From positions 32,001-96,000 of the forward strand of contig CAVUHW010000022.1 of the NCBI GenBank assembly GCA_963741205.1: DNA of 64,000 nucleotides. The letters are read 5' to 3'. Origin of the DNA: Nitrospirota bacterium (lineage in GTDB: Bacteria; Nitrospirota; UBA9217). The notes under the pieces were generated by a model. That model was not told where the DNA came from, searched no databases, and saw nothing but the letters and a program-made list of their open reading frames with translations. The stretch's first letter is position 1, and each line of letters begins with the position of its first letter. The position numbers and the translations under genes are program-made. This document shows, piece by piece, positions 11,479 through 21,911 of the stretch.

Positions 11479-11671
11479 TTGATCCGTGAGGGCGTTCGTT
11501 CTCAGAGTGAAATCTCTTTGTGGCATAACGTTGTTGCCGTCTGCTCATTCTGCTCCTCGTACACTTTTTTCAGTTTGACATTTCCGCAACTTCTCTGCTA
11601 TTCTCTGCTGGAAATCACTGTTCCCACGCGATAACTCTGAACTCTGAACTCAGAACTATCGAAGGATTCTT

Positions 11672-12723
11672 ATGCTTTCCAAAGTCATCAGCTCCGCGGT
11701 CCTTGGCATCGACGCCTACCCTGTAGAAGTCGAAGTCGACGTCGCGAGCAGGGGCCTTCCCTTTCTTCGCCACCGTGGGCCTGCCCGACGCCGCCGTCAA
11801 AGAGAGCAAGGAGCGCGTGCGCGCCGCGCTCAAGAACACGGGCTTCGATTTCCCCCTGAAGCAGGTCGTCGTGAACCTTGCGCCGGCGGACATCAAGAAG
11901 GAAGGCTCCGCCTTCGACCTGCCGATTGCGATCGGCATGCTGATCGCGGAGGGGATCATCACCAGGAGCAGGCGTCCGGCTTCCTCATCGTGGGCGAGCT
12001 CTCGCTCGACGGCCGCGTCAAGCCCGTGCGCGGCGCGCTTTCGATGGCCGTGCTCGCGAAAAAGGCCGGGATACCGGGGCATGGTGGTTCCGGCAGACAA
12101 CGCGCAGGAGGCGGCCGTCGTCGAGTCGGTGAGGATCTTCGGCATGCAGACCCTGCCGCAGGTCGTGGAGTTTCTCTTTGGCCATGCTCCCCGCCGAGCC
12201 GGTTCGCGTCGATGTCCGGGACGCCTTTGAGACCTACTCCGCGTACCAGGAAGACTTCTCCGAGGTAAGAGGGCAGGAGCATGCGAAGCGCGCCATCGAG
12301 GTCGCCGCTGCCGGCGGCCACAACATCATCATGATCGGCCCTCCGGGCTCGGGCAAGACCATGCTCGCGCGCCGGCTTCCCTCCGTCCTTCCCCAGATGA
12401 GCTTCGACGAGTCCATCGAGACGACGAAGATCCACAGCGTCATGGGGCTTCTCCGTCAGGGCCAGCCTCTCATCGCGACGAGACCGTTTCGGAGCCCGCA
12501 CCACACCATTTCGGATGCGGGCCTGATAGGCGGCGGACAGGTCCCAAAGCCGGGCGAGGTGAGCCTGTCGCACAACGGGGTGCTCTTCCTGGACGAGCTC
12601 CCGGAGTTCAAAAGAAACGTGCTCGAGGCGCTCCGGCAGCCGCTCGAAGACGGCCAGGTCACAATATCGCGCGCCGTGACCTCGCTCACCTATCCCGCCT
12701 CACTCATGCTCGTCGCCGCCATG
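11672..12723 (+). CDS. comM: ComM/YifB Mg-chelatase-like AAA+ ATPase, N-terminal part (interrupted by insertion)
   Basis: [50 protein letters not shown]. Homology stops exactly at LVAAM. Confidence 0.95.
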
Positions 12724-12900
12724 CATGCTCTGTTGTTATGCTCAGCACGATGGGCACTAACTACGACAAGAAAATGAATCGAGATACATCAAGAGATGAA
12801 CATACATAAGTCTGTTTGGGAAACCCGTGTCAGCTTGGACTTTCAGCACTCCTCTTATATCCAGAGGATATACCTGCAGTGAGGTTGTGCTTCCATAACG

Positions 12901-13092
12901 TTGAAAACTCAATACAAGCAGCGGACAGAGATCGTTGGTTTTGAAGTATATACGATTAAAGGTGTCGTGCGAACTGATCATGCTAGCGAGGCAGTATATG
13001 TACTTTTGGGTGACGTCGCCATGCTGGGTCTTGCTGAATTAATTTTTTCCCCATATGCTGTTTCTATATGGATTGAAGAGCGATTCTACTGA
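12901..13092 (+). pseudogene. Fragment of a putative lipoprotein or membrane protein
   Basis: LGDVAMLGLAELIFSP hydrophobic motif; no intact start found. Confidence 0.3.
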
Positions 13093-13317
13093 AAAGAATA
13101 TGACTATCTGGTATGGAATCAACAATACATTTGAAGTCGGTGAAATTGAATACAGTGAAACTCACAGAATTTATCACATTTATCCCTAGCGACTGTCGAG
13201 AATATTTCAGTAAATGACTTGAAACGTAAGCAGCCATTTTGTAACACGCCGCGAGAGGAACACTAGAAGCATCACCTCAAAAGGGGAACGTCAGGCAAAA
13301 CCTGATGCATCGAAAAA

Positions 13318-13980
13318 ATGAGAACATTGCTTAAGGAATTGGAGCTCGCGTGCGGTACTTTTCTAGCTGTTGTGTTATTGAGCGGCTGCATTTGGGGAGT
13401 CAAAAAGGTAGAAATTACGCACGGTCCGCTGAACCCGATCCAAAACAAAATAGAGGGCATAATTGGTGTGAAGCCATTTACTGATGCGCGAGAAGGAAAT
13501 CGACGAAAGAACGGCACTGTGTACGTTGCAGCTGGGACCGTGGGTTCTGTCGAGTTAAAGGGGGATTCTCATTTGGGTGATATATTTGCCGGATATGTGG
13601 TCGAAACCTTGGAAAACGCAGGGTATCAGGCTGTCATCATGGATTTCGCGTTTCAGGTACAATCCGCTGCTACTGAGAAGGTTCCTGTGATTTTGGAAGG
13701 ATGATCTCAAAATTCTCGGTAAATACTATGCCTCTAAGCACGGTGGAGGTCACTCTCCTATTGCGTGATGCAGAAAACGAGGATGTTCTATGGTCAACAA
13801 CTATCTATGGGTATGGCGAGGGCACGCTTTGGACAGGTGCTCAATCAGAATTTGAGGATTGTTGTCCGTCAAGCCGTCGATGAGGCCCTAAACCAAGCAG
13901 CTACAGAGTTTGTTTCGGACGCTTTCTACGAAAAGATAAAAAGATCAAACTCACCACCTGTGCCAAATACAATGCGTTGA
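13318..13980 (+). CDS. Putative lipoprotein (YajG-like; frameshifted into three ORFs)
   Basis: Lipobox LLSGC; VKPFTDAR; consecutive ORFs 13318-13704, 13701-13883 and 13765-13980 join. Confidence 0.6.
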
Positions 13981-14403
13981 AGTGTAATGAAAGCTTTTTT
14001 AGTTTCGTTTTACGCAAATAGACATCTCATGACAATGTGGACTGGTAATCTCGGACTCATATATCCTCTATATTTAAGTATCAAACAGTTTTCTGCACTT
14101 CCCAAGTAAGGAGCTTGACTACAACCTTGTAGAGATGGTGTTGATGCCGACTGAGAAAAGTCAGCCCGATCTATTCTGGTCGAAACGTTCAGCAACAACG
14201 TCATCCTGAACTCGACAAATTCCATATCTTTCGAAAGACAACAGTTCACCAAGAAATAATCAATTATAGGATTTGACATGAGAACCGAACGAGTCTAATA
14301 TCGAACCATATTTGCACTGTCATTTTGCCTCCCGTGTTACCAATACGGGATGCAGATTGAAGCAAGGTTATTCTGGCAGGCACTTTTAAAATTGAGGCAA
14401 GGA

Positions 14404-14490
14404 ATGAAAGCACTTACGATCAAGCAGTCTTGGGTTCACGCCATCCTTCACGAAGGAAATGACATCGAGACTCGTTCGTGGAGTCGTAGT
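14404..14490 (+). pseudogene. ASCH domain N-terminal remnant
   Basis: MKALTIKQSWVHAILHEGNDIETRSW matches the ASCH pattern MKALSIKQPWA..I..G.K.IE.R.W, then homology is lost. Confidence 0.65.
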
Positions 14491-15057
14491 AGATATGTCG
14501 AGGCTGAATATTACCAAGAAGGCGCGAAAGACAAAAAAGATCCTGATGATAGCAGGTCATGGTGCTCGCAGCGTGTCCAGCAGCGCGAAGGTGAACGATG
14601 AAGTCCTTGATCAGGTGTGATATTGCTTGCTTCCGGCATAATATTCTCCTCTCCGATTTTTAGCGCCCTAAGCGTGAAACTGTTCGGGCTTTTGCCGGAG
14701 ATGATACGCCGGAATCAGGAGAAGATCGTGCTGCGAAAGAGGATTTTGACTATGTGGAGACCGGGTCGCTTGCGACAAAGGGCTTTCGAAAATAGGTAAA
14801 GGATGACAGAAGAGCCTGCTCTACGGGCAGGGGACGAAGGCATATGGACGCGATTTTCGACACTGACGTATATCTGCTTGATTGTGGGGCGCGAGAACCC
14901 TACGATTATTCAGGACAAAACTTCCCGTGTCGCAAGCGGCTCGATGAAAAATGTCGAAAATCGGTTTTCGATAAACGTGCAGTGCTTTAACTACTTTGTA
15001 TTAAAAAAAATCCAGATGGGCATATCTGCCCACCTGGAAAAGTGTAATGATTTTAAC

Positions 15058-15085
15058 GGTTCCCAGAATATTCATTCTGAGAAAT
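15058..15085. other. dif-like recombination site A
   Basis: ggttcccagaa-tattca-ttctgagaaat (11-6-11 inverted arms). Confidence 0.6.
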
Positions 15086-15162
15086 GGAGATTTAAAAAAA
15101 AAGACGGCGCACCGGTAACAGACCCGATAAGCGGCCTTCTCGCAGATTCAAGCGCACAAGCC

Positions 15163-15684
15163 CTACTTCGGAACGTCCGTCGCTTTCGATTTCACCGTGT
15201 AGTCTATGCCCACGTCGGATGCCTGTTTTTGCCTTACCACTTTAATGAATCCATATCCCAGGCCGACATGACAACTGTTGCAGCTCGCAATAACCGCGTT
15301 GTATTTCCTATCGAAGGCCTTAAAATCCTGGGCCATGATCGCCTTGTTCACCGGATCGAAGGTATTCTTGTAAAAATTTTCCCATGCAGGGTATTAAGCC
15401 GTTTTCGTGAACTTTGCAGGGTTCATAGCCGCATTCATATACTTTGACATATACGCTGCGAGACCCCAATTGCCGCCCTGGGCTGCGGAAAACATATCCT
15501 GGAAACGGTCGCCGACTTCACGCATCGGTACGGCGAATTTCGGTATCGCATTCTTTACCGCATCGATCTGCTTCTGCAAATCATCCTGCTTTGGCATTTG
15601 AATTTTCACGGCCTGGACGGCATTCATGCCGATAAACGACAACACCCCTGCCATAGCAATAAAGATGACGACTTTTCTCAGCAT
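15163..15684 (-). CDS. Periplasmic monoheme cytochrome c (helical, C-terminal CxxCH; frameshifted)
   Basis: Signal peptide MLRKVVIFIAMAG; CNSCH near the C-terminus. Confidence 0.75.
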
Positions 15685-15792
15685 AGTGGAACTCCTTTCA
15701 AAACTGATTTTAAGTTCGACTGTCCCGCGCTTCACTGCAAAACCTCAATCCTTCAACTTGTTTCATCATCACCTCCTTGTCTGAAGCAGCGT

Positions 15793-16631
15793 CTATTTTT
15801 TTTCCTCATGGGGGCCAAAGGTGTACTGATACGCAAGGTAAGCCGAGACCCGGTTATCACCATGGATGTCGCTTCCGACGGAGAAAAGCACGTGGTGGGC
15901 GTCGGTGACATTCACAATCGCACCCACATTGTAACCGAGACGGGATTTTGCGTCATCCGCATCCTTGGTCTGCGTAATAATTCTGCGCTGATCGTCAGCA
16001 GCTCGGACATTGCACGCTGCACTTGCCAGCCGAAAAACCAGTAGTCCTTGTTGCCTTCACCTGGATTTCGCCAGTAACCGCCGCCGCCGTAGGTTTGCCA
16101 CGGGCCCCAGGCCTTCTGCAGCCAGAGAGGAATAAAAATCCTCGTGTGTCCCGCGCCCAACCCCTTATCGCTGTCGCCGGTAGGCAATGTCACGATGGGG
16201 AAAGTCCCCACCATGAAGTGAGCATCCTCATCGTTTATGAAACGATACTTGATCCCCACCTCCGTGTCGCCGTAGCCGCGCTGCGTGGGCTCCCCCTCCG
16301 GCTTGTCGTATACAAACGGCGTGATAAGATGGAGCATGACATTGGGTACGACTCCATAGTTAAGCTCAAAATGCGGGGCGGTGCCGGAGGTCGCGTCCTT
16401 GTCCTTCGCGTACTGTGTGGCGACGTAAAACTCTCCATGCTTGTAATCCACGGGCTCCGGGTCGTCGGTAACAAAAGGCGGTCCGGCCCAGGTCTTGCCG
16501 ATGCCGATACCCATGACACACAAAATTGCTGCGAGGAGCGCTGCCAAGCGAGGCAGGAGCGCGGAGAACTGAATAATACTACCCTTTCCGGTCAAATATG
16601 AGATTCTACGACGGGAACAATCTATTTGCAT
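15793..16631 (-). CDS. Outer-membrane beta-barrel, putative MetA-pathway/transporter family (frameshifted)
   Basis: AGPPFVTDDPEP, ELNYG, GYGDTEVGIKYRF, LPTGD..KGLG, PLWLQK. Confidence 0.8.
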
Positions 16632-16663
16632 ATTTACTCCTTTTATTTTGAATTTATTAAGCA

Positions 16664-16691
16664 AGTTTCCAGAATACTCATTATGGGAAAT
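16664..16691. other. dif-like recombination site B
   Basis: agtttccagaa-tactca-ttatgggaaat. The right arm is 9/11 identical to the E. coli XerD arm ttatgttaaat. Confidence 0.7.
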
Positions 16692-17400
16692 GGAGATTTC
16701 AAAGACAAAACACCTGACCCCAGAAGCCCAGGTTATCGTCATCCACCTGGAATCACCGGGTCAACATTGAAACCACCAAGCGCCGACATATTTCGTCGCT
16801 CAAAAAAAGGACGCTCATTCGCAGCAATCGATATATTGTTGTAGATATCATATATATTCACGCCTTTGGAAGCATCCTTCTAACCCTCATGAAAATATGG
16901 ATTAGTATAATGAATCCATAGTCGCGGGTCAATCGAAAACAATGGAAAATCCATTATTCTTTTTGCCGCCTTTTCCAGCGATGAGGAGTTCTGTAAACTG
17001 CGGCACAAAACGCTGCGAGAACGAGGAGCTCGAGACCAATCTCCCTGTGGGGGATGGCTCAGCTGCCGCATTCTACATGTTTCAACCCGTATTTCGCAAT
17101 ATTCCAATCGAATGCAACGTGACCTTGTAGGTGATTTCGATAAGTGCGAAGAGGTTAAGAGTTAACAAATTCCGGTTAAACTATTCGTTCAAACTTCTAT
17201 CGGAACTATTGAATGACGGGGAAACCAGTTTATCGACAAATTACCCGGAGGGTAGATAACATTTTCGAAAAAGTGAAAAGCGTTCGAAATAAGAAAGCAT
17301 CATAGCCAACTTCTTGTCAGACGATGCACCGAAAGTCAACGTGCTCTCTGCCCGTAGCGCGGCTTTTGTCTGACTTCCGCGGGATTACCTTATTGCCCTC

Positions 17401-17792
17401 TCAAGGAATTTTCTTATAAACTGCGTTCTTCGTTTTGCAGGGTTTTATCCCATTGCTCAGCCAAGTCGAGTAACTGTTCCGGATCCCGATCCATGGCTGC
17501 TCCCAAGCGCTCGAACGACATCCCGTTGTAGGACGGTTTTGAAATACGCAGCCGGCCAAGTAGTATCGTCCGGGCACTCGAAAGGCACGTACCCGAGAAA
17601 TGCGATAATCTTCGGGATGTGCACCAAGTCCGGCTCGTTCCCGCGCTCCCAGTCCGTATACTGTCGCCTCCGAAACGCCGGTACTTTCTGCAACCTCCCG
17701 CTTGTATAGTCCCAGGTCCATTCGGTGCTTCCGAACGTGCTCGCCGATGGTTTTGGATTCTCAGCGGCTATAGTTGGTCGAGGAACAGCCAT
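17401..17792 (-). CDS. Tandem XRE-family HTH protein (frameshifted)
   Basis: Reconstructed: ENPKTIGEHVRKHRMDLGLYKREVAESTGVSEATVY.WERGNEP...IPKIIAFLGYVP, then a second HTH-like segment. Confidence 0.75.
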
Positions 17793-18306
17793 GTTGAATA
17801 AGGGTACTTTGCAAACCTCACTGAACCCCTGCAAGTGCGGAAACTGGGGAGATCCGCAGCACCAGTGTCAATGCACACCTCACCAGGTGCAGACCTACCG
17901 GTCGCGCGTCTCCGGCCCGCTCATGGACAGGATCGATATCCACATTGAAGTTCCCGCGATAAAGTTCGACGAAATCTCGTCGGACAAACCCGCCGAACCA
18001 TCGGATGCGATCCGCGAGCGGGTGACGAAAGCGCGGGCAATACAATATGCCCGCTTCATGAACGACGGCATCTACGCCAACGCGCACATGAAGCCGAGGC
18101 ATATCCGGAAGTACTGCAAGATAGACGAAGACTCACTGAGGCTCATGGAAACGGCCATGAACCGGCTGGGTCTTTCGGCCCGGGCGTATAACCGCATCCT
18201 CAAAGTGGCGCGAACGATCGCGGATATCGAGAGCAGCCAGAGGATCGCGACCGAACACATTTCGGAAGCGATTCAGTACCGCAGTCTGGACAGAAGGATG
18301 AGCTGA
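17791..18306 (+). CDS. comM: ComM C-terminal part with an element-supplied start codon
   Basis: NPCKCG...CQCTP...YRSRVSGPLMDRIDIH...LSARAYNRILKVARTIAD...EAIQYR; gagga RBS and ATG at 17791. Confidence 0.93.
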   Translation: MLNKGTLQTSLNPCKCGNWGDPQHQCQCTPHQVQTYRSRVSGPLMDRIDIHIEVPAIKFDEISSDKPAEPSDAIRERVTKARAIQYARFMNDGIYANAHMKPRHIRKYCKIDEDSLRLMETAMNRLGLSARAYNRILKVARTIADIESSQRIATEHISEAIQYRSLDRRMS

Positions 18307-18408
18307 ACTGCTTATTATGAGACGCCTTGTCTCTTCCAGCCCAAAGCGGAGCGCCGTAGTCATCACGGAGCCCCGGCACTACGGCGCCCCATTGCGAGCT
18401 CGTTTACC

Positions 18409-19009
18409 TTACTTCTCCGGGCCGTCTTCTTTTTTCTCCCTCTCCTGAGCAACACCCTTTCGATCATATGAGGGTCTCATCCCGCCCGGCCTCTTTCCGT
18501 CCCTCATGAAAGCAGCTTCCTGCTCTTCTTTGAACTTTTTTCTCTGCTCGGGCGTCAGGAGGGCCTTGATCTCCTCCCTGGCCTTGATGTGCGAAAGACG
18601 CAGGTCCGTTCGCATTGATTCGGTTTTCTTGAGCTTCGCTTCGACAGCGCCCATATCCACCGAATCCTTATGCAGAAGTTCTCTCAGCTCGACTCCTGCT
18701 ATTTCGAGGTCCGCCCTCTTTTTGATGGTCTCCTTCATTGCCCGGCTGCTGATCTCCTTAATCGCGTCCTTCTGTTTTTCGGTGAGATCGAGACTCATGA
18801 GCCTCTTGCCACAGGAAATGCATGGCCTCCGGAGAGCTGTTCATAAATCCTGTTCCGGGGCCCGCCATCCACGGACCTCTGTGCATGCCGTCATCCATGC
18901 CGCCCTGAGCCATATGACTGCCGCTTGCACATGGCCCGGCATAAGACCCGTTCGCTGCTGCAACCAAAAATAAAAAGCTGGCAAAAAACCCGATCCAAAA
19001 TCTCTTCAT
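18409..19009 (-). CDS. Spy/CpxP-family periplasmic protein (frameshifted)
   Basis: Signal peptide, Met/Gly-rich region, LDLTEKQ and LLTPEQ motifs. Confidence 0.85.
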
Positions 19010-19077
19010 GTTACGTTCTCCTTTCGATCGTCGTCAAATTTAACCACCGTTCCTGGGCTCAACTATACCGATCGAAT

Positions 19078-19108
19078 GTGGAGCTAATAGGGAAGAATTG
19101 AGGAAATG
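19078..19108 (-). promoter_or_regulatory. Putative BaeR-type tandem box, copy 1
   Basis: gtggagctaatagggaagaattgaggaaatg, nearly identical to 20369-20399. Confidence 0.6.
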
Positions 19109-19279
19109 CTGCCGCTTTCTTATTTATTGTTATTTCCGATGTGCTGCCTCAGACCGCGGAGATGTGAAGGTAAAGGACGAATGGAAGGTTTGTGTTTTTC
19201 AGCGTCTCTCAGGAGTATTGCCTGTTTTCGATGCAGAAGATCCTGCGAATATTTTTTCCTGCTCAATTCTCATCCTCAA

Positions 19280-19850
19280 TTATGGTACGGGCTGCAGAGG
19301 CTTAGGCGGTGGAGGCGCTACCTGAGGCTGATAGATATCGGGCGGCGCGGATTCCATGCCCGATGGGGGAGGCGGCGGTGGAGTCATCCGAACCCGATAA
19401 GATCGTCTCATCCCTGGAATCAGGTTCCCATTGGCGGACATGCACTGTTGATAGGCGATATCATACCGATACTGCGCCTGCCATCCGTAAAACTGGCCCG
19501 AATTGGCGCCTGTTGCGGTTCCGATGAGAAGCCCGCTTGCAGCGCCGAACGCCGCAGCCGAACCGACATTGCCTGAGGCGGCCCCAAGGGCGGCACCGAG
19601 ACCTGCTCCAACCGCAGTGCCGATCGCGGCCCCTGCGGCAGTATTTTTATTAACGATCTCCTGAGGAGTGAGCCCGATCTGCTGTTGTGACCATTGCCTG
19701 CACATGATGTCCTCGGTCTGGAACAGATCAAAGGGCTTGTCCGGGCGGCGGCAATACCATTACTCTGGGACCGCTCGGGATGGTCGCACATCCCCCTGCT
19801 ACCAACAGGACGACAAAAATCAAGAATGTTCGCTTGCCCGTTCTCATGAT
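19280..19850 (-). CDS. Glycine-zipper lipoprotein (frameshifted)
   Basis: GAAIGTAVGAGLGAALGAA zipper, YDIAYQQCM..GN, Pro-rich tail. Confidence 0.8.
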
Positions 19851-19854
19851 GACT

Positions 19855-20211
19855 TCACTCCCTCCCCTTTGGCGGACTCTGTGGAGGAACAACCTTTAGC
19901 CACCCGCTGGGGCATTGTTTCACGTAGGGGTAATAGGCTTTGAAGTCCGGACAGAAATACCAGTAATATTGCTGTTCCTGCACCTGGGGAGCCTGTTGCT
20001 CATAAACGGGATATTGCTGCTGCATCACAACAGGCGGCGCCGCGTAATAATAGGGATAGTATGGCGGACCCCAACCCCACCCGGGACCCCATCCCGGTCC
20101 GATCCAAATGCCGCCCCCCACAAAAGCCCCGCCATGCGCAGAGACGGGTAAGACGCCTGTAAAGAGGAGGACACTGACAGCCAAAATGAGAAAAATTATT
20201 TTTTTCATCAT
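19855..20211 (-). CDS. Pro/Tyr-rich secreted protein
   Basis: Signal peptide, GPGW repeats, YWYFCP...YYPYVKQCPSGWLKVVP. Confidence 0.8.
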   Translation of the reverse strand: MMKKIIFLILAVSVLLFTGVLPVSAHGGAFVGGGIWIGPGWGPGWGWGPPYYPYYYAAPPVVMQQQYPVYEQQAPQVQEQQYYWYFCPDFKAYYPYVKQCPSGWLKVVPPQSPPKGRE

Positions 20212-20368
20212 AAACTCTCTTTCTCCATTATCGGCTGTAGAACATTGCCTCCATTCTTTGGTCGCAGATATTTGTTGAAACATTATTGATCCTCAGGGTC
20301 TTATGATCATGACCCATGGAATCTTGAACGGTTCTACAACTGTCTCTAACTAAAATATACCTCTAATC

Positions 20369-20399
20369 GTGGAGCAAATATGGAAAGAATGAGGAAATG
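20369..20399 (-). promoter_or_regulatory. Putative BaeR-type tandem box, copy 2
   Basis: gtggagcaaatatggaaagaatgaggaaatg in the divergent promoter region before baeS. Confidence 0.6.
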
Positions 20400-20475
20400 T
20401 CGGTTACCCTGGTTCTTCCATCTTGACGGCATGACACGAAACGATATAGATTGAAGAAGGAGGAAAAAGACCTCG

Positions 20476-21911
20476 ATGAAAATGGGGCTTACCTATCGTT
20501 TGTTTCTCTCCATTCTGGGCGCGACGTGCCTGGCCATACTCGCTCTATTCCTGATCATGCGCTGGAGTGTCGATCGGGAATTTTACCGGTACCTCGGCAC
20601 CGTGGACCAGGCCCGGCTGGAGCAGATTGCGAATGAGCTTGGACGGTGATATGAAGAACAGGGAAGTTGGAAGTTTCTCGGTCACGGAAGCTCCCCGGTG
20701 GGACATCGGAGGCTTAATGATCCCGCCCGATCATGAGGCCGCGCGAATGCCGGACGCGGAAGGCGAGGGGCGCGGGCATGGTCAGCGCCCGTTCGGGCCT
20801 CAATCGCTTCATCGCAGGGGCGCCGGACGCCTCGTTGTTCTGGATGCGGACCGGACACCCTGTCCTCGGTTCTTATCCCAAAGATGAAGAAGTGAATTTC
20901 CGGCCTGTTATCGCCCGCGGCGAGAACGTGGGCTTTGTCGGCTTTTTATCGCCGAAACACTTCCTGCATCCGATGCAGGTCCGGTTCCTGACGCAGCAGC
21001 GGCTTGCCCTGTCTTTGGCTGCCGCGGGCATGGTGCTGGTTGTCATGGTCATTTCCCTGCCTCTTGCGCGCAGGCTGGTCAAGCCGGTCAAGGCGATGGC
21101 CGCCGCAACTCATGAAATCGCCTCCGGCCGCTATGCGACACGTATTCCCGTAACTTCATCGGATGAACTGGGTATGCTTGCCCGTGACTTCAACGACATG
21201 GCATTGACGCTCGAGAAACATGAGAAGGAACGACGCCAATGGGTCGCAGACATATCGCACGAGCTGCGGACGCCCATCGCAGTTCTGCAGGGAGAAATAG
21301 AGGCACTCCTGGACGGCATCCGCAAGGTCACGCCCGAGACGGTTCGTTCTCTTCATGCGGAAGTGCTCCGTCTGAACCGTCTTGTCGAAGACCTTTACCA
21401 TCTTTCACTTTCCGATATCGGCGCGTTGACATACCGTAAGGAGGACCTCGATCTCGCAGGGGCGCTGTCGTCGTCCCTGGAAGCTTACCGCGCCGAGTTC
21501 GGTCACAAGGGCATTGCCGTTACGGCTAATATTTCCGAAAAAGAGGTCATTGTCTTTGCAGATCCGGAACGGCTTGCCCAGCTTTTTGCAAACCTGTTCG
21601 AAAATTCCCTGAGATACACCGATGCGGGCGGCGAGCTTACCGTCAACCTCGTGTCAGCGAACGATCATGTGGTTATCGAAATTCAGGATTCGAAACCCGG
21701 CGTTTCTGCCGAGGACCTGGAAAAACTTTTTGAGAGGCTTTTCCGAGTGGAGGGGTCACGAAACAGAACCTCAGGAGGAGCGGGACTCGGTCTTGCAATC
21801 TGCAAGAACATCGTCGAGGCCCACGAGGGAACAATCTCCGCGCATCACTCGCCGCTTGGCGGCCTGCTGATCAGAGTCACCCTGCCGGTCCCGGGAGGCG
21901 GCCATGGGTGA
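20476..21911 (+). CDS. baeS: Sensor histidine kinase BaeS (frameshifted N-terminus)
   Basis: HAMP domain, [49 protein letters not shown]. Confidence 0.9.

Larger units (their letters stand above)
12724..17823. mobile_element. 5.1 kb insertion in comM with no recognisable integrase or transposase
   Basis: Junctions gccATG|catgct and ctcacTG|aacccctgc. Removal restores AAM-NPCKCG. Interior is AT-richer than the flanks. Confidence 0.9.

Noticed and set aside
12757-12981. Minus-strand ORF as the remnant C-terminus of a serine recombinase
   Set aside because: Only a vague resemblance (LDIRGVL); no catalytic, recombinase or zinc-ribbon motifs.
16664-16691. Site B as the single chromosomal dif terminus
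   Set aside because: It lies inside an insertion and has two sibling copies; the true dif cannot be assigned without whole-genome GC skew.
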